From: a virus
Taxonomy: Duplodnaviria > Caudoviricetes
DNA length: 58,397 nucleotides
Virus record (IMG/VR): IMGVR_UViG_3300028569_002805
Span: 1-58,397 of that record
Direction: 5' to 3' (one strand)
Shown here: one piece after another, positions 41,801 to 50,185 of the stretch
Position numbering within the stretch: the first letter of the stretch is position 1
Layout of the letters: the number at the start of each line of letters is the position of its first letter
Made by a program: the position numbers and the translations under genes
The notes under the pieces: model-generated
What the model was told of the DNA's origin: nothing
The model's input: only the letters and a program-made list of their open reading frames with translations
Databases searched by the model: none

Positions 41801-44587
41801 TTGAACGTCTTGAGGAACTGATGGTGGAGCAGCTGCTGCTGTCGATGCTGCTGGTGTTGGAGAAGGAGTTGATGGTGGCGTAGCTGCTGCTTTGCAAATA
41901 CACTTTATAATTTCAGACAATCTATTTGCGGCAACATCAACTCTATCAGTCATCAACTCCAATGCAGCAAGTATGTCTTGGAAAATCTTAATGCTTTTTT
42001 CAGCCTTAGGGGCAGGAGTTGTTGGGCCAGCAGCGTTGGCAGCAGGTTCAGCAGTCGATGGTTTTTGGCCCATTTTTTCAACCATACTCATCGATTCTGC
42101 TGATGGTTTTTGATTTGCAGGAGAAGGAGTTAATGGGGCAACAGCAGGAGTTGGAACAGTAGGTTTAGGAGTTTCTGGTGGTTTTGGAGCAGCACCAGCG
42201 AGACCAGCAGGGCCACCAGCACCACCAGCACCACCAGCACCAGCGAGACCAGCAGGGCCAGCGGCACCAGCAGCAGCTTCTTTTTTGTCGAAAAATTTTC
42301 CAAAAATACCTTTTATATTTCCGACTAAACTTTCTTCACCTCCATAAGATCCAGTTTCTGCTTCTGTTCCTCCCATAGCAATCTTTTTGACAAGTTTCTT
42401 TATTTCTACTGCTTGAATAACTATTCCGGCTATAGATGCTGCTATTGTTCCTAAAACAACAAAAGTAACTAATCCTCTTCCTACTACACTGTTAAATCCT
42501 TTGGATATAATATTTTGAGACAAATTTCTCATTGAATCATTTATTTCAGACAATGTTTGATTTGTTTGTGTGACAGGATCAAGCTGAGCTTTTTGTGCTG
42601 TAGCTATCTTTTGGTCACCATCTGCGATTTTAGCTGTCAATTCTCTTAGTGCTGCTGGATCTTTAAGTGCCTTTTCAATTTCAGATGCATCAATCTTTAA
42701 TTCATCCTTACCTGCATCTTTCAGTCCTACATTTACACTTTCTATTGCTCCCTTAAGAGCATCTTTTGCGACTTGAGTTGAATCTTGCCAGCTACTTCCT
42801 AATGATTTCAAATCACCTTCAAAATCCTTTTTCCTTTCTCCGAATTTTGCAAGAGCGCCATTCATGTCTTTGGCACCTTTTGCGGCTTCGTCCAAGGCAG
42901 TAAGCATTTCGAGTTGTTTTGATGCTTTAAGTTTTCTCTGCTCTTCCATCAATGCTTTTCTTTCGTCAGTAGTGATGTTAGCCTTCATCTTTTTATTGAT
43001 ATCTTCTAGCCTGTCCCCTAATCCCTTTCCTGATTCATTTACTGATTCAATCAATGATCTAAATTCACCAAGTTCCATACCAACTACAGACTTAAGTGAA
43101 ATGTTAAGACGAGTTTTTGCTTCATCTGAAAGATTATCAATTTCTTCAAGACTGCCAACACCGAAATCTCTTAGAATTCCTTCAAGACCTTTACCTAAAG
43201 ACTTAACTCCTTCTTTAGTCTTCAAAAGAGTTCCATTCATTGCCTCATTCATCTTTCCAACTTTACCAGCAGCCATGAAAATCATGGTCTGAGTCTGCTG
43301 GGAAGATTCCATCAGCAATTTTCCGCCACTTGTAAGTCCACTTTGCAATGTCTGCATTTGCTGATCAACACCTAACTTCTTTGCGTTTGCGCTTAACTCA
43401 ATAACATTTTTTGCAGCCATTGATGTTAGACTTGCAGCATTTCTCAATTGATTAACTATCTCACGACTTGATTCAATTGCTCCTTTAAGAGCTTCTCCTG
43501 TAAGTCCTGTATTCTTTGCTACTTCACGCATTCCACGTCCCATATCAGAGATTTGACCCTTGGTCATGCGTCCTGTTTGGGCAAAAGATTGGAATGTATC
43601 TTGAAGAGATCCTGCTTCCATTCCCAACTGAATTTCAGTATTAAGTTGAGATTTTGTAATGTCTCTTGCCAAAGATAAATCTTTTACACCACTTTTAAGT
43701 GCTTTTAGATAAGATTCTTGGAATTTTGTTCTATCTGCTCCTGTTGAAGAAACAGTAGTCCCAATATCCTCATATGCTCTTTGAAGCCCGTGACTACTTT
43801 TTGTTAATCCATCTGTTTCATATGCAGCAGCACGAATTTCTCTTGTATATTTAATTTCCTGATCAACAAGACCTCCAGTCAATGTTTCCATTGCTTTAAG
43901 TCCTAAAGCACCTTCCATTGAACTAAATACACTTTTAATCTCGCCAATTTGACGTGCAAAACCCTGTAATGCTCTTGTCTTTTTGCTAATAAGGTCTAAT
44001 GCTTTTGCTTCTTCTAAATTACTGGCACCATATATCTTTATTAGTCTCATATTTTCTTTGACTAATTTCATCTGTTCTTCATTTAAGTCTGATGCTTGTT
44101 GATATTCGGCTATACTAATTTGACCTCGTTCTTTAAGTGAAGATAAAGCCTTTTCCATAATTCCTATTTCTTCTTTTGATACATTTTTCATCTTCTTTTG
44201 TAATTTTTCTAATCTAATTCTTCTTTGTTCGCTCATTTCCTCTTTTTTATTTTTACTTTCATCTTGTGAATCACTTCCTCCTGCTGTCGGTGCTGCTTCT
44301 TTCTTTGCTGATGAATTTGCGCTTCTTTCACTATTGACGCTCTTCATGGAATTAACTATATCTTCCATGTATTTTTTCTGTTCTACGGCAGTTTCTTTGA
44401 AATCTTTGACAAAACTTTGCATTATCTTTTCAAGTTCGCCAATAGAATTTTCTGGTCCTTTCTTATCTGCTCCAACGCTTTTTGCAGAACCTGTTGTGGC
44501 ACTTGCAATTGCGCTTTGCAGATCTTGAAGGCTGGTTATAATTCCGCCAACGCTACGATTAAGATTGTCTAATATGACTGGGTCCAT
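35897..44587 (-). CDS. Tail tape measure protein
   Basis: 2896 aa; helical N-terminus, long hydrophobic Ala/Gly/Ile repeat region and periodic GIV.PI units; immediately upstream of the baseplate genes. Confidence 0.85.
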   Translation of the reverse strand: MDPVILDNLNRSVGGIITSLQDLQSAIASATTGSAKSVGADKKGPENSIGELEKIMQSFVKDFKETAVEQKKYMEDIVNSMKSVNSERSANSSAKKEAAPTAGGSDSQDESKNKKEEMSEQRRIRLEKLQKKMKNVSKEEIGIMEKALSSLKERGQISIAEYQQASDLNEEQMKLVKENMRLIKIYGASNLEEAKALDLISKKTRALQGFARQIGEIKSVFSSMEGALGLKAMETLTGGLVDQEIKYTREIRAAAYETDGLTKSSHGLQRAYEDIGTTVSSTGADRTKFQESYLKALKSGVKDLSLARDITKSQLNTEIQLGMEAGSLQDTFQSFAQTGRMTKGQISDMGRGMREVAKNTGLTGEALKGAIESSREIVNQLRNAASLTSMAAKNVIELSANAKKLGVDQQMQTLQSGLTSGGKLLMESSQQTQTMIFMAAGKVGKMNEAMNGTLLKTKEGVKSLGKGLEGILRDFGVGSLEEIDNLSDEAKTRLNISLKSVVGMELGEFRSLIESVNESGKGLGDRLEDINKKMKANITTDERKALMEEQRKLKASKQLEMLTALDEAAKGAKDMNGALAKFGERKKDFEGDLKSLGSSWQDSTQVAKDALKGAIESVNVGLKDAGKDELKIDASEIEKALKDPAALRELTAKIADGDQKIATAQKAQLDPVTQTNQTLSEINDSMRNLSQNIISKGFNSVVGRGLVTFVVLGTIAASIAGIVIQAVEIKKLVKKIAMGGTEAETGSYGGEESLVGNIKGIFGKFFDKKEAAAGAAGPAGLAGAGGAGGAGGPAGLAGAAPKPPETPKPTVPTPAVAPLTPSPANQKPSAESMSMVEKMGQKPSTAEPAANAAGPTTPAPKAEKSIKIFQDILAALELMTDRVDVAANRLSEIIKCICKAAATPPSTPSPTPAASTAAAAPPSVPQDVQKQQTKNVIDDTKRGKQENLNLKNNTKITKEQNALVGAQKEINKKEDSVIAASKGPPEASVLDPASLMEGGQAMMKTAAAIALMVAGAMAIAVVLFFVGSKVLSALGLDLGKVVEVASTIAAIVGATLALIMAGAAAHKAIDENKESIDKMKGGGASMLQAAMTIVPMSLILVLLGAAIIFVVNKILSIMKIDASKAMEIGMTIGAIAGVVGAIAVATAHFIEFLEELEGNKMWQNLKRNPAKFIVLIAKASIALLLLAPAIVLIGAAIIMFSQYILAATGINASTALKVGATIAAIMLSVGLIALALIGSLAGLAALGYLTEWLLTPAPGPVPLPPAVLMLIGAEVLLKLGPPILLLGTALMFFGKIVLGAAGIDASTAMKIGMAISAIFVAVGLISVALGAAMVGLTALGFITAVILGSPLIGLMEIGYLALLIIGPRMLLLGTAIVFLSKMLFSITGLNLASIAKTTLIIYALFAGVALISAALSVAMIGLAALGLITAIIFGTGLPALMDIGASALLIFTPAMLLLASAIIWMGILVSKFIVTPKQAGETALAIASILGAAALIGAAVVAMATVSVFLGAIGLISPFIAIAMLPAAAGLRILATPMVEFVQAAVIIAKNLSGAMPLNKVNECVSSIASILGAALIIATMLIGFAAIGVNLGAIGLISPFIAIAMLPAAAGLRILAIPMVEFAQATAIVAKNLSGALPPAQVEEAVNAVTTILNGAAKIGLAIVGMIPTMMYMSMIGTFSPLIALSMSGAGVALIVLSQPLAFFAFAAKYVAVLLNSIMTPKDAEEAEKAVTSILSGAAHISDSMMGMIPKLMNLGTTVPLMWIIAPIMSLAATALYMMAKPVFDYANAIVFFATVLAMIIPPDKVKSLSEGVTTMLRAISEISDEFQKIRDKIVSIGMGEGVFKLFLFTLPALRMGVKAFNEMKYPIFDFIMSIVGFTNALSIVVTPSVAKTATKTINATSEIIAKVSDIMSDLNSKIVPMTTAGWFTKSPVDILMEAKNKLATFFPAMFDLIKSIVTEVQSKFEGTGKLKSTAKTLVLIGVIIDEVSKAINSLGTNIAPFVEKGWWSGKSVVDKITEAKPELEKFIKSIADLIGSGIVGPIAKMENVEELKKAAKAMAAISVLMSETSTAIKSLAETVGMMDGSLFKSSPIAKIMLYKDLFGYYFYSIAEFITDGIVGPIMDVIPDGSTLKSASAIMTSVSKVCSETAITIKSLSEVMKLMDPVSLFDRKSPMQKIVENMYLFSSWFFSIGLFVKNGIVEPVITIFDDTTELLSATKIISSMATIATSIVPMIKNLATAIALATDGKTWFDKAPMQKIIEGKELFSKWFFEIGLFVRDGIVIPTLEVMDGINIGAATKIIVSMAQIAASITPMIKNLAGALGMMSQEGGGTIDTEFPLDRIMASKDKFRGFFRETAQFMKEGIIDPIIEEIPDPKNIQIAWRIMSAMNALVIIIPQVIKNFANGLIPLVDCPDKDLKSIPANRIEANKQKFRDFFLSTTKFMKEGIVDPILENMPDAKNVQEAAKILIANNQLLTNLKSVITNLASLFEGFSPKKSFSKAPIAIISKMAPIFSIWFYSVAEFITEGIVDPILVFFPSSDEVEEASVRLENLVKVIRMVPGFLINLGTALQELLPTVMWLEFTGIGFGAMIFSSIFGGIANTLNYGIIEPISKMPDKEGLDRVVGTINGLADVVDAASDSMKRMGATFNDFGIITGVFSAIFGRWDQTYFQKSFMNMANSLNYGLIQPILKFMPKKSELDMVVDQLNGLITILDKVKDAMISVSDTMDSIGGLGLDFNTINALPIDKLAALAQVSQKGVSAAGGSISSTVKPEVEVNTSSIPPMSLADNLGSRVAAKKAGDKPASSIVSSKELSDISESSEKQTQLTEELVEMFKQFMTMMKAGSANSSGGGEEACTGLNRVRGKNPPKFFKSTTGQVSRGPGKQALNMGPPGP
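39720..40061. repeat. About 96-bp direct repeat, two copies 246 bp apart, inside the tape measure
   Basis: 39720-39815 and 39966-40061 differ at one visible base; both encode LGAIGLISPFIAIAMLPAAAGLRILA.PMVEF. Confidence 0.9.
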
Positions 44588-44676
44588 GAACGCCTAAAAA
44601 TAAATAAAAAACTTTGTTATTTACATGAGTATGTAAGCATGTGATAAAACACTTATCACAATAAAAAACAGTATTT

Positions 44677-45165
44677 TTAGACCGTCATTTCACCTGTAGG
44701 TGCTGCCCTTTGATTGACAAGCTGGCGAATTTGCTCTCGTACTGATCGGCGTATCGCTTCTATCTCGTTTGGATCGAATGATCGAGTTAGGCCAAGAGCT
44801 TTCACTATAAAAGCACAATCCAGTTTTCTAAGTCTCTGAACTCCATTGCGCTTATACTGACGGAATGCTGAAGTTATGTATTCATTTCCTTTTATATATT
44901 GATATGTGAAAACTGGATTGTCACAAACAGTCTGATTCGGAGAAGGAAATACCAAATTTTTTATAGTTGGGAAAGTTAGGTAATTTAGGTTAATTCCACG
45001 AATATAATTTGGCCAGATATCTGTTATAAGAACAACTGGATTTGGATCATGTCCGGGTTTGTGAAAAATATAATTAAATGAAACTAGGCTTCCACGACCT
45101 ACAGGTTTAACTATAGGTCTCAAATTTGATCCGGGTAGCATAGCATCAACAAAAGCAACTGCCAT
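44677..45165 (-). CDS. Possible DNA end protector (T4 gp2-like)
   Basis: F.Y......D..P.V, GINLNYL and FRQY resemble the gp2 family. Confidence 0.55.
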   Translation of the reverse strand: MAVAFVDAMLPGSNLRPIVKPVGRGSLVSFNYIFHKPGHDPNPVVLITDIWPNYIRGINLNYLTFPTIKNLVFPSPNQTVCDNPVFTYQYIKGNEYITSAFRQYKRNGVQRLRKLDCAFIVKALGLTRSFDPNEIEAIRRSVREQIRQLVNQRAAPTGEMTV

Positions 45166-45185
45166 AACCTATGTATTAATTTGTA

Positions 45186-45218
45186 AAAAAAAGACCCGCA
45201 CAAATGCGGATCTTTTTT
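45186..45218. terminator. Bidirectional intrinsic terminator
   Basis: A7-GACCCGCA-caaa-TGCGGATC-T-run. Confidence 0.8.
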
Positions 45219-45257
45219 GTTTGTTGCTACCGGAATAATCGCTTCTTTTTTCTAATG

Positions 45258-45461
45258 TCATTTATTGACACGATCCTTCAGGATAATATAGAGTGCGTGA
45301 ACGATACCCGGTAGCCATCCAAACATGGTCAACAAAACACTTATAAAAAGCTGAATATCCATTCCTCTTTTAATTGCAACACCAATTGGTGGAAGAAAAA
45401 TGGCTAAAATTAAAGCAATTGTATCATCAGTTTCACTTTGAGATTTCACTTTGTCTTCCAT
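45258..45461 (-). CDS. yqaE: YqaE/Pmp3 family membrane proteolipid
   Basis: ILAIFLPPIGV...G.....I..LLT..GWLPGIVHALY. Confidence 0.92.
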   Translation of the reverse strand: MEDKVKSQSETDDTIALILAIFLPPIGVAIKRGMDIQLFISVLLTMFGWLPGIVHALYIILKDRVNK

Positions 45462-45468
45462 ATTTTCC

Positions 45469-45945
45469 TTAAATTCTATTTAGAACAGTACTGCTGTAAT
45501 CAGAACCACCTGTCTTAACAATCATTCCAACCCCATCCTTCTGACCAGTTCTGAGCTTTTCTTCCGCTTCTGCACTTTTATGGAAGAATTTCTTGATCTC
45601 CTTACCAATTTCATGTATTACTTTTTCAGCAGCTTCTTTATCATCCATGCCTTCGCCCATAAAATCATTAAACATTTCATCTGCGTTTAATGAATATGAC
45701 TTTCCATAAGGTTCTGTTTTTTCAAGTTTTTGAACTCTATAGGCTATTCCGTCTCCTATAGGATAAATTCTTATTCCCTCAAAACTTAACTTTTTATTAT
45801 TCGCTTTAACAAAAAGATGAGGATCATCATCTTCAATATGAGAATAAACATGAAGCTTTGACTTCCGAAGAGCCTTTTCTACAAGGCGCAACTGACGTTT
45901 AGCTTCACGCTGCTTTCTATCAATAAATTCTAGAAATACTTGCAT
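45469..45945 (-). CDS. Hypothetical protein
   Basis: 158-aa ORF in a tight operon. Confidence 0.7.
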   Translation of the reverse strand: MQVFLEFIDRKQREAKRQLRLVEKALRKSKLHVYSHIEDDDPHLFVKANNKKLSFEGIRIYPIGDGIAYRVQKLEKTEPYGKSYSLNADEMFNDFMGEGMDDKEAAEKVIHEIGKEIKKFFHKSAEAEEKLRTGQKDGVGMIVKTGGSDYSSTVLNRI

Positions 45946-45948
45946 AAT

Positions 45949-46461
45949 TTATCTTCTTTTTTTCTTGCCAAAAATTCTGTTTAATAATCCTCTTTTAGTA
46001 CCACCCATCTGATGATATCTGCTGTTATCGAAATTTTTTGCCAAAACTTGTCGAACTGGTCCAAGTGATCTTAAATATGCTTCAGCGTCATCAGAAGATT
46101 TTTTAGACCTAGAAGGTTGTGAAGATGGCCTAGTAGGTTGTGGAGATGATCTAGTAGGTTGTGGAGATGATCTAGAAGGTTGTGGAGATGATCTAGAAGG
46201 TTGTGGAGGTGCAGATGGAGATGCAGATGGAGATGCAGGTTCTTCTTCGTCTGAATAATCCCAATCATCTTCATCTTCTTGACTAGAAGGACTTTTTGCT
46301 TGTCTGCCACCATATCCTGCGAACAAACCCATTGCTCCTAAAGCTCCCAATCCCAATAATCCTCTTCTTGACATTCTTGTTTCTGATTCTTTTTGTTCGT
46401 CACTTATTTCTTCGTATAAAATAGGATCACGGTTTCTTAAATAATCTTCAAATCTATTCAT
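45949..46461 (-). CDS. Hypothetical protein with internal twin-arginine-like signal and Pro/Ser repeats
   Basis: AGGA RBS; SRRGLLGLGALGAMGLFAG; PQPSRSS repeats. Confidence 0.7.
   Translation of the reverse strand: MNRFEDYLRNRDPILYEEISDEQKESETRMSRRGLLGLGALGAMGLFAGYGGRQAKSPSSQEDEDDWDYSDEEEPASPSASPSAPPQPSRSSPQPSRSSPQPTRSSPQPTRPSSQPSRSKKSSDDAEAYLRSLGPVRQVLAKNFDNSRYHQMGGTKRGLLNRIFGKKKRR
46109..46236. repeat. 21-bp (about 5 copies) and 12-bp tandem repeats in coding sequence
   Basis: CTAG(A/T)AGGTTGTGGAGATGAT units followed by TGCAGATGGAGA units. Confidence 0.9.
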
Positions 46462-46470
46462 ATTTTTCCT

Positions 46471-47802
46471 TTAGCAATTACGAAGTAAAATTTCTGGACT
46501 ACTTGGAACACATCTCATTAAAACTTGCAAATCGCTTGGGTTTCCAGTATAAGGATTTTCCTTAAGAACTATGCCTCCAAAAGATGATGCAGCTTCTTTT
46601 AATATATTGTATTGTGCAGTCACAAATAAAATTCCATCAATTCTTTCCATAAAATCATGTTCTTCTTTTGCTGGCTTTCCTTCATCATCAACTCCACCAG
46701 CAGCATCTTTGACATAAACTACTTTTATATCAACATAAGGTATTATTGCTCCATCTTCGTCAATCATTGCCTCGCTATTCGCCCCTTGAAGCAATTTTAC
46801 TTTTAATTTACCGCTTTTATAGGCATTTATAAGGCTTCCACCAATATCCCAGCCAAGTGTATTTATTGTTCCGTCTTGACCTACAACATTAATGATGAAT
46901 GAACGCTTTTTGAAGTTATCCGCAATTGATTCAAGAACAACTCTATGTCTTAGCACTTCTTTTTCTTCTGGACTTCCTTCATCAAGTCTTTTTTGTTCAG
47001 GTTCAGTAAGGTAACGCTCTGGATCATCTTCTCTCATGCTCCATCTACCAATATCAACTTTGCCCCATCTATCATTAAAACGAGTTGAAATCCTTATTGA
47101 ATAGTCTCTTTCATTATAAATCAAGTCTTCATTATTGGCACCGCTTCCAACCTGAACAGCACCTATAAGTCCTGCAATGAACTTTCTGTGCATATCACCT
47201 TTCATTCCAAGCAAACCTTTTAGCTTGATGAAAATGTTGTTCAATTCAGGCATTGTCTGAATTGTTGTAAACATATGATTCACAACACTAACTGAAGGAT
47301 TGTTCTGATCAAGGTTTTGCTTGATGTTGTTACGGATTGATTTGCAGGCTTTGTCAATATTGGCATTTTGACGAAGAAAGCAAATTTGAAGATTATCTTC
47401 AACAAATTTACGAGGATAAGCTTCTAGGTTGGCATCTCTAATTTGCTGAATCATTTCAATCATTTTATTGATATCGCCACGAACACTTTCCTTGAAAAAT
47501 TCATTTTTCCAGCTTTCAAAATCCTGATCTGTTTTCTTGTCTGAAGGCATATCAGGTGCGCTTGGATCACCACTGATATCTTCTGGCATTTCAGATTTAG
47601 GCTTCGCATTTGCATCAGGACTATTCTGTTGCATTCCGGCAACAGGAGGAGTCATCTGATCTGGCATGTTAGCGGCATTAGGATCGCCAGCAGGAGGCCC
47701 TCCTGCTGCTGGTGGTGAATCCGGTTGGCCCATTGGTGATTGACCTCCTGCTACATCACCAGAAGCCTCATAGAGCCATGATTCAAGTGCGTGTCTGCTC
47801 AT
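46471..47802 (-). CDS. Hypothetical protein with Pro/Ala/Gly-rich N-terminus
   Basis: 443-aa ORF with AAGGA RBS. Confidence 0.75.
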   Translation of the reverse strand: MSRHALESWLYEASGDVAGGQSPMGQPDSPPAAGGPPAGDPNAANMPDQMTPPVAGMQQNSPDANAKPKSEMPEDISGDPSAPDMPSDKKTDQDFESWKNEFFKESVRGDINKMIEMIQQIRDANLEAYPRKFVEDNLQICFLRQNANIDKACKSIRNNIKQNLDQNNPSVSVVNHMFTTIQTMPELNNIFIKLKGLLGMKGDMHRKFIAGLIGAVQVGSGANNEDLIYNERDYSIRISTRFNDRWGKVDIGRWSMREDDPERYLTEPEQKRLDEGSPEEKEVLRHRVVLESIADNFKKRSFIINVVGQDGTINTLGWDIGGSLINAYKSGKLKVKLLQGANSEAMIDEDGAIIPYVDIKVVYVKDAAGGVDDEGKPAKEEHDFMERIDGILFVTAQYNILKEAASSFGGIVLKENPYTGNPSDLQVLMRCVPSSPEILLRNC

Positions 47803-47803
47803 T

Positions 47804-48325
47804 TTATTCCTTTGGTTTCTTCTTTGCTGCGTTGATGGCTTTTATTATGTCCTTACGATTAAATTCTGTGTTTTCTGATCCAATATTTATATTGTTCTGC
47901 TGCAAAGCATTCAAATGAGGACCAGAATAAGCATAAGGATTCTTCAATTTCAGCCTTGTCATCAAATCTGCGGCCTTCAACATTTTATCCTGAAGATTAA
48001 CCTTTGTATTTATAAGGTTGACCAATGCTTCTTTACTTGATGTTGTCGCATCTCCATCATTAAGAACCATGTCTGAAAATGTATCAATAAAATCACTTAC
48101 CTGTTTACGATCTTCTCTCATATTGGTCATTATTTCATCAATAAAACCAAGATATTGTTCATCAGAAATCAATTGATTCTGCTCAGGAACAGGTCCTGTC
48201 TGCGGAACACTGATGTTCATTGGCGGAAGAAATGATTCAACTGTATCACTGTCGATATGAGATAAAACCTCAATTTCCTCAGCGATAACTGTTGAATTTT
48301 CTTGTATTTTTTCTATATTACTCAT
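47804..48325 (-). CDS. Hypothetical protein, weak resemblance to T4 gp16-like small terminase
   Basis: Helical hairpin followed by QQNNINIGS, reminiscent of the gp16 C-terminal strand; function call is tentative. Confidence 0.4.
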   Translation of the reverse strand: MSNIEKIQENSTVIAEEIEVLSHIDSDTVESFLPPMNISVPQTGPVPEQNQLISDEQYLGFIDEIMTNMREDRKQVSDFIDTFSDMVLNDGDATTSSKEALVNLINTKVNLQDKMLKAADLMTRLKLKNPYAYSGPHLNALQQNNINIGSENTEFNRKDIIKAINAAKKKPKE

Positions 48326-48366
48326 TGCTTTAATATATAGAGTTATGGACTAAGAAATGGAAAAAC

Positions 48367-48663
48367 ATGTCACCACCAAAAAGCCAATCACAAGAGACAA
48401 TTGATTCCATTATTGGGATTGTTTCAAGAAATGATGAGAAAATGAAAAATCTCATTCAGAACTATGAAAGCATTTCCAATGACATGTCTCAAGTAATGAA
48501 AGATTTGAGCCAAGTTAAGCTTTCACTTGAATCATATAAGTTGCAAGTGGACAACTTAAACAATTTTTGGGAAAAAGTTTTTGACAGTTCTTGGAAGCTT
48601 GCTCTCATGGTCATTGGAGCAGCAATACTTTATTTTCTTAGATTACAATCTCCTCCAACTTAA
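48367..48663 (+). CDS. Coiled-coil protein with C-terminal transmembrane helix (holin-like architecture)
   Basis: Heptad region followed by WKLALMVIGAAILYFL. Confidence 0.55.
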   Translation: MSPPKSQSQETIDSIIGIVSRNDEKMKNLIQNYESISNDMSQVMKDLSQVKLSLESYKLQVDNLNNFWEKVFDSSWKLALMVIGAAILYFLRLQSPPT

Positions 48664-48712
48664 AATTGGAAGATTTTGCTAAATAATTATATTCTTTTGT
48701 AGGGATTCAAAT

Positions 48713-50185
48713 ATGAGCAGCTTATTTTCCAAATATTTTAGACTTCGTGAAGAACAAGAAGATTCGCCAGTAGTTGGCGTAACTTCTCATATTAAACTTC
48801 AGAAAAAACAAGGAAACAATGATTTTTCACCATTTGTAATCGACAAGTCAAGTCACGCAAACCTTGCTAGAATCGTCAAAGCATTTGTTAAATCAGACAG
48901 AGTAGATCTCGGATACACAACTATTGAAAAAAATAAGGGTGAAGTAAAGCCACAGCTTAAAAAGAAATCACTCTATCTTACAGGAGGAGCAGTAAGAGAT
49001 CATCTTGTAGGTAAAACTCCTAAAAACTACGACCTTGTCACAGATGCTACTCCCAGTGAAATAAGAATGATCCTTTCTCACGCTGGATTCAAGGAAGTAA
49101 AGCCACAAAGCGATATGCACAAATATGATAGGCTCGCAAGTAGCGTTGGCAAAGGTAAGATTTTTTATGCCAGCCGTTGGGATAAAAAAGGCAAAGAAAT
49201 GGAAATTGTAGCCATTGTAAATGGCCAACCATTCCCAATTTCAACTCTTTCCATTTCTCCAAAAAGCAAAAACTTTACTCCTGATGAAGCAAAAATGGCA
49301 GGAAGCATCGAAGAAGATGCCAGTAATCGTGACTTTACAATCAATGCCATGTACATTCCTCTTAACAACTATGATGGTTCAAATAACGACCTCATAGATC
49401 CATTCGGAGGAGCTAATCATCTAAAGTCTGGAGAAATAAAGCCAATCGGTGATAAATTGTCAGACAGAATGAAAGAAGATCCTGTCACAGCATTCAGACT
49501 TGTTAACCATTTTAATCGCTACGGAAAAGGTAATGATATTCCAGAAAAACATTTGAATGCTATAAATTCAGAAGATTATTTTGATAGTGTTGACCCTCAA
49601 ACAATGAAAGATGAGTTCGTTAAGGGTTTAGAAAATCCTGATGTTAATCCTAAAAAATTCCTTAAAACTTATAATCAAAGTGGTCTATTGAATGTTCTTT
49701 TCCCACATGTTGATTTTGATGATAAAGATGTTCCTAATGATCTTCGCTGTGACAGATGGATGGTTACTGCATGGATTCTAAGAAACAATAGCCCAGAAGA
49801 TGTTCGTGATATCTTGATTGCAGGTGGATGGAACAAACATGAAGCAAATGATGTTTCTTATCTTGTTAAGATGTATCAATGGGGTAAAGGAAAATTCGAC
49901 ACAGATAAATTCTATGACATGATACAAAGTCATACAGGTTTAACTAAATCAAAAATTGCAGATTGGATGAGCGTTGTAAAAATGCATGGGAATGAATCTC
50001 AACAATTCCTTAATTTTAATAAAGATGATTTTTCCCCCTATCAAACTAATGAAATTGGCGGTAAAACAACCAATCCAATGTATATTCATGTTTTAGGAAG
50101 AGAACCAGTAGGAGATGAATTTGAACCAATCAAGAAAATGCTCATGGGCCAAAGATGGAAGGATATGATCGGAAGACTTCTATGA
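48713..50185 (+). CDS. Class II nucleotidyltransferase (CCA-adding / poly(A) polymerase family), divergent
   Basis: LYLTGGAVRD.L.G..P.NYDLVT.ATP, ED..NRDFTINAM, DPFGG..HL and EDP. Confidence 0.88.
   Translation: MSSLFSKYFRLREEQEDSPVVGVTSHIKLQKKQGNNDFSPFVIDKSSHANLARIVKAFVKSDRVDLGYTTIEKNKGEVKPQLKKKSLYLTGGAVRDHLVGKTPKNYDLVTDATPSEIRMILSHAGFKEVKPQSDMHKYDRLASSVGKGKIFYASRWDKKGKEMEIVAIVNGQPFPISTLSISPKSKNFTPDEAKMAGSIEEDASNRDFTINAMYIPLNNYDGSNNDLIDPFGGANHLKSGEIKPIGDKLSDRMKEDPVTAFRLVNHFNRYGKGNDIPEKHLNAINSEDYFDSVDPQTMKDEFVKGLENPDVNPKKFLKTYNQSGLLNVLFPHVDFDDKDVPNDLRCDRWMVTAWILRNNSPEDVRDILIAGGWNKHEANDVSYLVKMYQWGKGKFDTDKFYDMIQSHTGLTKSKIADWMSVVKMHGNESQQFLNFNKDDFSPYQTNEIGGKTTNPMYIHVLGREPVGDEFEPIKKMLMGQRWKDMIGRLL

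Noticed and set aside
37716-43292. Long plus-strand ORFs, including 39432-40985 (517 aa)
   Set aside because: Antisense shadows of the Ala/Ile-rich tape measure codons; no RBS or recognisable motifs.
25363-44587. Extracellular contractile injection system or T6SS rather than a phage tail
   Set aside because: It co-occurs with terminase, primase and a gp2-like gene in a phage-style gene layout with no bacterial housekeeping context.
46071-46313. His/Leu-repeat ORF
   Set aside because: Alternative frame of the 21-bp and 12-bp repeats in 45949-46461.
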